Shown here piece by piece: positions 38,841 to 46,643 of a stretch of 64,000 bases of DNA. Position 1 is the stretch's first letter; each line of letters begins with the position of its first letter. Both the position numbers and the translations under genes were made by a program. Source of the DNA: an uncultured Candidatus Binatia bacterium (lineage in GTDB: Bacteria; Desulfobacterota; Binatia; UBA9968; JAJDTQ01); the NCBI GenBank assembly GCA_964291295.2, contig OZ219754.1, positions 3,360,001-3,424,000 of the forward strand, read 5' to 3'. The notes beneath the pieces were generated by a model, which worked only from the letters and a program-made list of their open reading frames with translations, had not been told where the DNA came from and did no database searches.

Positions 38841-39114
38841 TTGGCGACCCCGGTGTCGCGGCAGCCTTCCGCGACGGCGGTGCGAGTTCCACCGATCCGG
38901 TCAGTCCGGCCGGTACACCATCGCCGCTCCTTCCTGCGGGCACACGCCGGTGCCTTCGGCACCGCCCCGGCCACGACCATCGGCGCCAACCCCGCCCTCG
39001 ACGGCAACGTCGCAGCCTGCTCGGCGCCGAATCCGCATCTCCAGAGCGTGGGATGATCCGGTGCGCCCGGCGGCAGGCCTTGACTACCACAAGAACGTGT
39101 AGTAGGTATGACAC

Positions 39115-39468
39115 ATGACTCATTTTGGCTCCACCATCCGCGCCATCCGCGAACGCCTGCGCGAGGACGACCGGCGCTATTCCGTGCGCCAGGTCGCCGG
39201 GCGCGTCGGCATCGAGCCGGCGTATCTGAGCAAGATCGAACGCGGGGAGGTGGCGCCGCCCTCGGAGGCGACCACGGTGAGGCTCGCGAAGGAGCTCGGC
39301 CAGGATCCCGATGTCATGCTGGCACTCACGGGAAAGGTGTCCGCCGATCTGCAGGCCATCATCCGCAAGCGACCGCGCCTGTTCGCGGATCTGATCCGTC
39401 AGTTGAAGGAAGCGCCGGACGAGGCGGTCCTGCAGGTGGTGCGCAAAGTGCGCGAAGGCAACTGGTAA
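39115..39468 (+). CDS. XRE-family HTH regulator
   Basis: FGSTIR, SVRQVAGRVGIEPAYLSKIERG; TTGACT and an imperfect ACTAC..GTAGT palindrome just upstream (39080-39103). Confidence 0.88.
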   Translation: MTHFGSTIRAIRERLREDDRRYSVRQVAGRVGIEPAYLSKIERGEVAPPSEATTVRLAKELGQDPDVMLALTGKVSADLQAIIRKRPRLFADLIRQLKEAPDEAVLQVVRKVREGNW

Positions 39469-39520
39469 GCAGAACGATGGGTGGGAAGGAACGTCCGTCC
39501 ACGGACAAGGAGGAACGACC

Positions 39521-40513
39521 ATGATCATGCTCGAAGACGACTGTCTGGAGTTCCGTTTTCCGGAGGTGCATGAGGCCGCGCGCTGCGGCATCGGATTCCA
39601 GCGCACCCTGCGTATCCCGGACGACGGGGGCGATTATCCGCTGTCGCCGGGCCTGGGTTCGTTTCCGCTGCGGCATCTGGACGACTACGCCGTGCGCCTG
39701 CCGGAGTCGTGGCGGGTGCGGGGCGGCGTGATCGCGCCGATGCACCAGGCCGAGGCGCTGTGGATCAACTTCCATTCGGACTATCCCTTCGCCGTGAAGG
39801 TGGCCACCGGGAAGATCTGCGCGATCACCGGCGATTCCTGGGTCGACCGGCTGAACCGGGACCCGCAGGACTACGCGATGCTGCCCAGGCAGCCCTGGCT
39901 CGGCGGCTATTGCGTCGAGAAAGGCGTCGTCCGCCAGTTTGTTGCCATGCCGCTTGGCGAGGGATACACGGTTGAAGAACAGTTGACCGGGGCCGCGGTC
40001 CACGGCGGGGTGCAGATCGTGGCCTACCCCATGAAGGCCGAACGCCATGAGGCGCTCCAATCGAAGCGGCACGTGGCCAGACACCTCTCCGTGAGACGGT
40101 ATTCGGCCGCCATGGAGGCACCCATGGGTCTGGCACCGGGCGGCCGGATGAAGCAGGAGATCTACGACGACCCCTACGGGCTGGATGTCTGGGACCAGCG
40201 GCACGGCAGCCGCTGCTTCGTCTCACTGCTCAACTCCGCCCAGTGGATGGCGGTGACCGGAGAGCGGCCTCCCACCGAGCCGCCCACGGCGCAGGACTAC
40301 ACCGCCTGCGGCCTGCCTTGGTTCGGCTACTATGGCGGCGATACGCGCGCCGTGGCCGGCAGCGACAAGCTGCGGGGGCTCAAGAGCGTCGCCCAGCAAA
40401 CCGCGGCCACCGGGCAAGGGCCGCTTCCGGACAACGAGACGATTGCCACCCCGCATGTGATCGGGCTCGGGAAAGCCCGCCCGGTGCGGGAAAGTGCCGG
40501 CGATCAGGCTTGA
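39521..40513 (+). CDS. Conserved uncharacterised protein
   Basis: AGGAGG RBS; motifs FQRTLRIPDD, PMHQAEALWINF, QFVAMPLG.GYTVE.QLTG, MGLAPGG.MKQEIY.D, YTACGLPWF. Confidence 0.8.
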   Translation: MIMLEDDCLEFRFPEVHEAARCGIGFQRTLRIPDDGGDYPLSPGLGSFPLRHLDDYAVRLPESWRVRGGVIAPMHQAEALWINFHSDYPFAVKVATGKICAITGDSWVDRLNRDPQDYAMLPRQPWLGGYCVEKGVVRQFVAMPLGEGYTVEEQLTGAAVHGGVQIVAYPMKAERHEALQSKRHVARHLSVRRYSAAMEAPMGLAPGGRMKQEIYDDPYGLDVWDQRHGSRCFVSLLNSAQWMAVTGERPPTEPPTAQDYTACGLPWFGYYGGDTRAVAGSDKLRGLKSVAQQTAATGQGPLPDNETIATPHVIGLGKARPVRESAGDQA

Positions 40514-40541
40514 ACCTGAAGGAACCTGGCACACGGGCCTG

Positions 40542-40868
40542 TCATCGCCGGACCGATTGCCGCCGAGGGAGAGCGACATGACGACGGAACAGCTGCTTCC
40601 GAACGTCGATTCGATCTTCGCGGCTGCGGACCTGTGCGAGATCGTAGCTCGTCTGGCGGCGGAGCCAGAACTCCGCATTGGAACAGCCCGCCTTTTCCAG
40701 GCGGATCGCCATTTCCGGAGAAATACCCGCGTGGCCATTGAGAACCCGAGACAGCGTATGCCGGGCGACGCCCAGCATGCGCGCCGCTTCGGTCACGCTC
40801 AATCCGAGCGGCTCCAGGCAGTTCTCTCGGATACTGCGCCCAGGATGCGGGGGATTCATCATCGCCAT
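40542..40868 (-). CDS. higA: HigA-type addiction-module antitoxin
   Basis: [44 protein letters not shown]. Confidence 0.9.
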   Translation of the reverse strand: MAMMNPPHPGRSIRENCLEPLGLSVTEAARMLGVARHTLSRVLNGHAGISPEMAIRLEKAGCSNAEFWLRRQTSYDLAQVRSREDRIDVRKQLFRRHVALPRRQSVRR

Positions 40869-40882
40869 GTTCATGCCTTCTG

Positions 40883-41161
40883 TTAGTGGTAGTCGGTCAG
40901 ATCGACATCGTAAACGTCGCCTTCCTCAAGACGAAATACCACTCGCCAGTTTCCGGAAACTGAAATGCTCCAGTACCCCTTGAGACCGCCTTTCAGCGGG
41001 TGAAGCCGGTAGCCCGGCAAATCGAGGTCCGAGAGCCTGCAGGCATCGTCGAGGTCGGCCAGCACCAGAGCGACACGATCCCGCAAGTCGGATCCCACCC
41101 TGCTCGTATCTCCGCATTCGTACATCCGCCTGAGACCTCGATGACGAAAGCTCCGAATCAT
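40883..41161 (-). CDS. higB: HigB/RelE-type toxin (plasmid maintenance killer family)
   Basis: [42 protein letters not shown]; lies upstream of the antitoxin. Confidence 0.92.
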   Translation of the reverse strand: MIRSFRHRGLRRMYECGDTSRVGSDLRDRVALVLADLDDACRLSDLDLPGYRLHPLKGGLKGYWSISVSGNWRVVFRLEEGDVYDVDLTDYH

Positions 41162-41283
41162 CACGGACTGTACCGCATACCGGCACGCATGGCAATCTGA
41201 GCCGCAGGACAATCCCGCGCGGTGGGTTTGTCCTTCCCTGTCGGGTCTTGCAGGTGTGACTTTGCGAGTGTGATGTTCTATAA

Positions 41284-41768
41284 ACGGAACCTCCCGGTGA
41301 TTCGGGACTGACTTTTGCGTCAAGTGACTCCGGTGTTTCACGACACCGCCCCGCGGGTCCGCGCCCATGTGCTGCTGTGCATGCTGGCCTGTTACGTGGA
41401 ATGACACATGCGACAGAAACTGGCCCCGCTGCTGTTCGAGGAAGACGATCCAGACGCTGCCGGTTTCCATCGTGGCACCGGCGCAAGTGCCGGAATCGCG
41501 CGGGCCAAGGCCCGCGGCAAGCGCAGCGACTCGCCGCACAGCTTCCGCACCCTGCTTGACGACCTGGCGACACTCACCCTGAATACGGTCCAGCCCCGCT
41601 TGCCTGACGCCAGGCCGTTCGAGGCCACCACCCGGCCCACCCCCCTGCAAGGCAAGGCCCACGATTTGTTCGGCGTGCGCCCGTAGCGTTCCCGACAGCG
41701 ATTCGCGGATTCTTCCATTACCTCCGGGAAACCAGTGCCTCGGATCAACTCAGCTCTGGAAGTTCCGT
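41284..41768 (+). mobile_element. Internally deleted IS1634-family element
   Basis: Inverted ends ACGGAACCTCC / GGAAGTTCCGT enclose only the transposase C-terminus (RVRAHVLLCMLACYVE*HMR, HSFRTLLDDLATLT, PTPLQ). Confidence 0.75.
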
Positions 41769-42243
41769 ATGATTGGCGTTGTGCAGACGGCGAGGTTGGT
41801 GGAGCTGGACAGGGGGTGTGCGGAGTTGGCGCGCCGTGTGGAGTCGCGGGCAGTGTCGGCGAAGGCGGCGTGCAGGCCAGGGTCTCGGCACGTGCCGGGC
41901 AGTCTGGCCCGAGCAGGGAGAAGCGGATCAAGCCGCCCTGTGAGAAGCCTCGGACGAGCGGTCCCATCATTCGGGCCGGGCTCCCGCTTCCCGTGCCGAC
42001 GTCCGGGCCAACGACAAACCCCCGCCCGGACACGGTGAACGCACCCGGATGGGCGAATGAAATCGACCCGGGAATTCCCAAAGCCCCACAGGCTGCCGGC
42101 CCCACGCCTTCGCGACGAACACCCCGCCCTTCAGGCGAAGAACTCCGGCCATGCCGCAGGTGGGGCGTACGGAACAGGGTGACCTTTGATCGAGGCCTTG
42201 CCGCCGCCGGTTCCGGGTCGATTCGAACAAGCGGCCGTCCGCG

Positions 42244-43200
42244 ATGGGAAACTTCATGATCTATCTGCAACTGATCGGCGGCTTCGTGCTTCTTCTGGGC
42301 GGAGCGGAATTCCTGGTGCGGGGCGCGGTGCAGCTTGCGGCGCGGCTCGGCATTTCGCCGCTCGTCGTCGGGCTTACCGTGGTCGCCTACTGCACCACCG
42401 TACCGGAGCTGTTCGTCAGCCTGGAGGCGGCGTTCCGGGGCGCGCCCGGAATCGCCATCGGCAATATCGTTGGCAGCAATATCTGCAACCTGCTCCTGAT
42501 CCTGGGCTCGGCGGCCTGCGTGTATCCCATCGCCATCGAACCGCGCGAAGTACGCTTCGAGGGCGCGGCGGTCATGGGCGTGACGCTCCTGTTCCTCGCG
42601 CTCGCCTTGAACGGCAGCCTCAGCCTGTTCGATGGCGTGCTGCTGCTGATCTGCCTTGCAGCCTTCACCGTGCTCTCCTACCGCCGCGCCCGAAGCGGCC
42701 ACGGCGCCCCCGAGGTGGAAGGGACGGAGACGGACCGGGCGCTCTGGATGATGCTCGGCGCCCTAGCCCTGGGCCTCGGCTGCGTCATCGGCGGGTCCAA
42801 CCTGCTGGTCGAGGGAGCCATCGGCCTCGCCCGCGCCATCAACGTCTCGGAGACGGTGATCGGCATCACGGTGGTGGCGGTTGGCACCTCGCTGCCGGAG
42901 CTCGCCACGGCGGTCGTCTCGGCCTATCGACGCCATCCGGAAGTGGCCATGGGCAATGTGCTGGGCGCCAATATCTTCAACCTGCTGGCCATCGGCGGCG
43001 TGGTGGCGACCATCCACCCGCTCGACATTCCGGGGCATCTGCTCGACCTCGCCGTGTGGGTGATGCTGGCCGCGACGGTGGCGCTCGTCTCCTGGCTGAT
43101 GTTCCGAGGCCGGTTCGGGCGTCCGGCAGGCCTGTTGTTCCTCGTCGTCTATGGCGTTTTCGTTGCCGTGGAGTATGGACCCGCGACGGGTGCGGGATAG
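42244..43200 (+). CDS. Calcium/sodium:proton antiporter (CaCA, YrbG-like)
   Basis: Two alpha repeats (TTVPEL..GNIVGSNI; GTSLPEL..GNVLGANI). Confidence 0.92.
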   Translation: MGNFMIYLQLIGGFVLLLGGAEFLVRGAVQLAARLGISPLVVGLTVVAYCTTVPELFVSLEAAFRGAPGIAIGNIVGSNICNLLLILGSAACVYPIAIEPREVRFEGAAVMGVTLLFLALALNGSLSLFDGVLLLICLAAFTVLSYRRARSGHGAPEVEGTETDRALWMMLGALALGLGCVIGGSNLLVEGAIGLARAINVSETVIGITVVAVGTSLPELATAVVSAYRRHPEVAMGNVLGANIFNLLAIGGVVATIHPLDIPGHLLDLAVWVMLAATVALVSWLMFRGRFGRPAGLLFLVVYGVFVAVEYGPATGAG

Positions 43201-43302
43201 GCGCATGGCGAAAGAACCGGCCGGACTGGAAACGCCGCGGCGCCTGGCCGGGTAGGTGCAGGCGGCCCGCCGGCCGCCGCGCGTCATGCCGGTGCTCCCC
43301 GC

Positions 43303-43947
43303 CTACGCGGACTCCCGCTTGACCAGGATCTTGTCGATGATGTGGTAGTCCAGGGCCATGGAAGCGGTCATGCAGCGGTCCCGCTCCGTATCCCGTTCGA
43401 TGGTCGGGATGGGCTGCCCGGTGTGTTTCGCGAGGATACCGTTGACTTCCTTGCGAACCCGAAGGATCTCCCGCGCGTGGATGTCGATGTCCGCCGCCGA
43501 TCCATGACAGCCCCCAAGGGGCTGGTGAACCATGACCCGGGCGTGAGGCAGCGAGAACCGCTTGCCTGCCTGGCCGGCGGCCAACAGCAAGGCTCCCATG
43601 CTCGCCGCCTCGCCGATGCACACGGTGGCGGCCTCGGGCCGGATGTACTGCATGGTGTCGTAGATGGCCAGGCCGGCCGTCACCTCGCCACCGGGCGAGT
43701 TGATGTAGAGGAAGATGTCCTGCTGGGGGTCTTCGGATTCCAGGTACAGCAACTGGGCCGCGATGCTGTTGGCCACCGGGTCGTCGATCTCTCCCACCAG
43801 GAATACGATACGATCCCGCAGCATGCGCGAGTAGAGGTCGTAGACCCGCTCTCCGCGTCCGCTCTCCTCCACCACCGTGGGGATTTCCCCGCTGACTTCG
43901 CATTGCCGTGAGCTTTTCGCCGGCTGTCGGGCATGCGCACCCGGCAT
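43303..43947 (-). CDS. clpP: ATP-dependent Clp protease proteolytic subunit
   Basis: PTVVE..GRGER.YDLYSR, YINSPGG, AASMG (Ser), HQP (His); start uncertain. Confidence 0.92.
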   Translation of the reverse strand: MPGAHARQPAKSSRQCEVSGEIPTVVEESGRGERVYDLYSRMLRDRIVFLVGEIDDPVANSIAAQLLYLESEDPQQDIFLYINSPGGEVTAGLAIYDTMQYIRPEAATVCIGEAASMGALLLAAGQAGKRFSLPHARVMVHQPLGGCHGSAADIDIHAREILRVRKEVNGILAKHTGQPIPTIERDTERDRCMTASMALDYHIIDKILVKRESA

Positions 43948-44295
43948 CGTCGTTGTCCCGGCTTGGTCGTCCTGGCCCGCCAGACTCACGAACTCGCACG
44001 CCGGTCCGGGAACGTCCGCAGCAGAGACCCTCCGCACACCCGGCTCTCCGGTTCCCCGGGCTGAAGCAGCCGTGTCGTCCCGGGCGCGAGCACCTTCTCG
44101 GCCATTCAGAACAGGACACGCGTCCGGCATCGGCAAGCAGCAGCGGGGCGCGGTCGGGCCGGTGCCGATGACCTTCCCGCCGCCCGCTCGCCGGATTCCA
44201 CCGGTGCCTGTCCTGCTGTCGCAACCGGGAATTTGTCGTTACAGTGGGACGATCCCATGCCCGCCGGGAAATCCACTGTGACGGAGACGAAAGAG

Positions 44296-45018
44296 ATGCC
44301 GGAGGACTACAATCTCGAAGGTGCGCCGGAGTCCATGCGCGCGCCCTTGAGGCGCTATGCCGAGACCCTCGGCCAGCTCGCCGGGGACCGCGCCCGGTCG
44401 CTGACCCTGTACGGCGCCATCGCCGTCGGCACCTTCCGTCCCCGGTCTCACACCGCGCGCAGCGTCTTCGTGGTGGACACGGTGGATCTGGACATGCTGC
44501 GGCAGTTGGCGCGCCAAGGCCCCCGCCTGGGGAAGGCGCGCATCGCCGCACCCCTGATCATGACGCCGGAGTATATCAAAGCCTCCCTGGATACCTTTCC
44601 GCTCGAGTTCCTGGAGATCGCCCGGCACCGCATCTGCGTGTTCGGCGACGACTACTTCCGGGAACTGCCGCTGCAGGCCGCCGACGTGAGACACCAGTGC
44701 GAGCGCGAGTTCAAGACCATCCAGATCGGCATGCGGCAGGCGCTGCTGGCGGCGGCGGGGCGGGACAGAACCCTCGGCACCGTGGAAGGGGACGTGGGAG
44801 AACGTCTGTTGCGGTCCTTGGGCGGACTGCTGTGGCTGCGCGGCGATGCTCCGCCCGGGGCGGCGCTGGACATGGTGGCGGCCGTCGAGGAGGGGCTTCG
44901 CCGTTCGCTGCCCGGGGTTCGCAGCGCGGTCGATGACCGCAGTCACCACGGATGGGAAGAGTTCAAGGCCCTCTACGCGGACGTGGATGCCCTGAGGAAT
45001 CACCTTGACGCCTGGTAG
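44296..45018 (+). CDS. Nucleotidyltransferase-fold-like protein in the LemA/TPM operon (degenerate active site)
   Basis: LTLYGA..G.F, MTPEYI..SLDTFPLEFLEI, FGDD, QCERE; GS and DxD positions not conserved. Confidence 0.65.
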   Translation: MPEDYNLEGAPESMRAPLRRYAETLGQLAGDRARSLTLYGAIAVGTFRPRSHTARSVFVVDTVDLDMLRQLARQGPRLGKARIAAPLIMTPEYIKASLDTFPLEFLEIARHRICVFGDDYFRELPLQAADVRHQCEREFKTIQIGMRQALLAAAGRDRTLGTVEGDVGERLLRSLGGLLWLRGDAPPGAALDMVAAVEEGLRRSLPGVRSAVDDRSHHGWEEFKALYADVDALRNHLDAW

Positions 45019-45829
45019 GCCGATTCTTTCCGTAACCGCACTGACGCTGTGCCTTGCCGCAGCGGGCGCGGCCGCCGTCACGATCAGGGACCCGGGAACG
45101 TACGTCGTGGACACCGCCGGCCTCATCGATCCGGCAACCGAACGCAGGATGGAGGGATGGCTGCGTGAACTGGAGCGCAAGACCACGGCCCAAGTCAAGG
45201 TGCTGACCGTGCCCACCACCGGAGAAGAGGACTTCTTTGGCTTCGTGCAGCGTCATGCGGAGGCCTGGAAGCTCGGCCGCGCGGGCAAGGACAACGGCGC
45301 CCTCATCGCTCTGACCCTCAAGGAACGGAGGGTGCGAATCCATACCGGGTACGGCCTGGAGGGCGTGCTGCCCGACTCCTGGGCGGGTACCGCATCCCGG
45401 CGCGTGGCCGCGGATTTCTTCCGGACCGGGAAATACGCCGAAGGGTTGATGGCCCTCACCATTGCCACGGCCAACCGTGTGGCGGAGGCGGCGCGCGTGA
45501 AGCTCACCGGCGCGCCCGAATACCGGCCCCTCGGCGGCCGGCAGCGCGTGACCGGCACCGGCATCGGCGGCGCGCTGATACCGCTGCTGATATTGCTGTT
45601 CTTCCTGAGCTCTCTGAGGCGGCGCCGCCATCGCACGGCCTGGGGCGGCCGGGGGGTCGTCTCCGGCATTCTGTTGGGCGCGGTTCTCGGGAGCCTGCTG
45701 GGGGGAGGAACGCGATCCTGGGGCGCCTCCATGGGCGGTGGCCTGGGCGGTGGTTTCGGGGGCGGCTTCGGGGGATCCTTTGGCGGCGGCGGCGGTTTTG
45801 GCGGCGGCGGGGGCGGAGCCGGGTGGTGA
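45005..45829 (+). CDS. TPM-domain (DUF477/YgcG-like) membrane protein with Gly-rich tail
   Basis: YVVDTAGLI, WKLG..GKDNG, TGYGLEGVLPD, GGGGGFGGGGGGAGW. Confidence 0.9.
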   Translation: MTPGRPILSVTALTLCLAAAGAAAVTIRDPGTYVVDTAGLIDPATERRMEGWLRELERKTTAQVKVLTVPTTGEEDFFGFVQRHAEAWKLGRAGKDNGALIALTLKERRVRIHTGYGLEGVLPDSWAGTASRRVAADFFRTGKYAEGLMALTIATANRVAEAARVKLTGAPEYRPLGGRQRVTGTGIGGALIPLLILLFFLSSLRRRRHRTAWGGRGVVSGILLGAVLGSLLGGGTRSWGASMGGGLGGGFGGGFGGSFGGGGGFGGGGGGAGW

Positions 45830-45840
45830 GGCCAAGGCCA

Positions 45841-45862
45841 GGGCGGGTTTGAAAACCGCCCC
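45841..45862. repeat. Solo REP-like hairpin GGGCGGGTTTGAAAACCGCCCC
   Basis: Imperfect palindrome between the TPM and lemA genes, similar to the GGGCGGGTTTGAAACCCGCCC repeat class. Confidence 0.4.
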
Positions 45863-45911
45863 GGCATGACCGATAATCACGGATGATGGCGGACGCGCAA
45901 GGAGAACAGGC

Positions 45912-46484
45912 TTGAGTGCATCGAGGATTCTTCTGGTGGTGCTGGCGGCGGCCGCGGGCCTGGTCCTGCTGGCGGGAGGCTGCGTCCTCAACGGATACAA
46001 CCGCGCCATCACGCTGGACGAAGGGGTCCGGAACCAGTGGGCGCAGGTGGAAAACCAGCTCCAGCGCCGCTTCGAACTGATCCCCAACCTGGTGGAGACG
46101 GTCAAGGGCGTCGCCGGGCAGGAAGAGAAGATCTTCCTGGGAGTGGCCAACGCCCGCAAGGCCTATTTCCAGGCCTCCACCGTCAACCAGAAGGCCCAGG
46201 CCGCCGTCGGCTTCGAGCGCGCGCTGTCCCGCCTGCTGGTATTGCAGGAGCGGTATCCGCAACTCAAGTCCAACCAGTCCTTCCTGAAACTCCAGGACCA
46301 GATCGAAGGCACCGAGAACCGCCTGGCGGTGGAGCGGAAGCGGTTCAACGACCGGGTGACCGCGGTCAACACCTTCGTCCGCAAACTGCCGGGGCGCTTC
46401 TACGCAGGGCTCGCGGGAGTGGAAAAAGCCGAATATTTCGCGGTGGAGGAAGCGGCCCGGGAAACGCCGAGAGTCAGCTTCTGA
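45912..46484 (+). CDS. lemA: LemA family protein
   Basis: WAQVENQLQRR.ELIPNLVETVKG, YPQLKSNQSF..LQ..EGTENR. Confidence 0.93.
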   Translation: MSASRILLVVLAAAAGLVLLAGGCVLNGYNRAITLDEGVRNQWAQVENQLQRRFELIPNLVETVKGVAGQEEKIFLGVANARKAYFQASTVNQKAQAAVGFERALSRLLVLQERYPQLKSNQSFLKLQDQIEGTENRLAVERKRFNDRVTAVNTFVRKLPGRFYAGLAGVEKAEYFAVEEAARETPRVSF

Positions 46485-46643
46485 TCCGCCGACCCGAGTG
46501 AAACGACCCTGCAGCCGGTCCGACTCCCAAGACCGGCCCGCCGAACAGGTTACAGCACCCCCGGACTCGCGATTTGCCGCGTGGCTCGAATACGGAGGCG
46601 CTCCGCGGACGGTTTCGAGACCTGCGCCCTCGCGCGTACGCCG

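Noticed and set aside
38850-39055. Possible gene remnant (TTIGANPAL)
   Set aside because: Too short and ambiguous to assign to a family.
41402-41404. In-frame TGA in the IS1634 fragment as selenocysteine
   Set aside because: It falls at a position that is usually Trp (YVEWHMR) in a deleted transposase; simple decay.
45730-45826. GGC/GGT-rich tandem repeat
   Set aside because: It is the normal Gly-rich coding tail of TPM-domain proteins.
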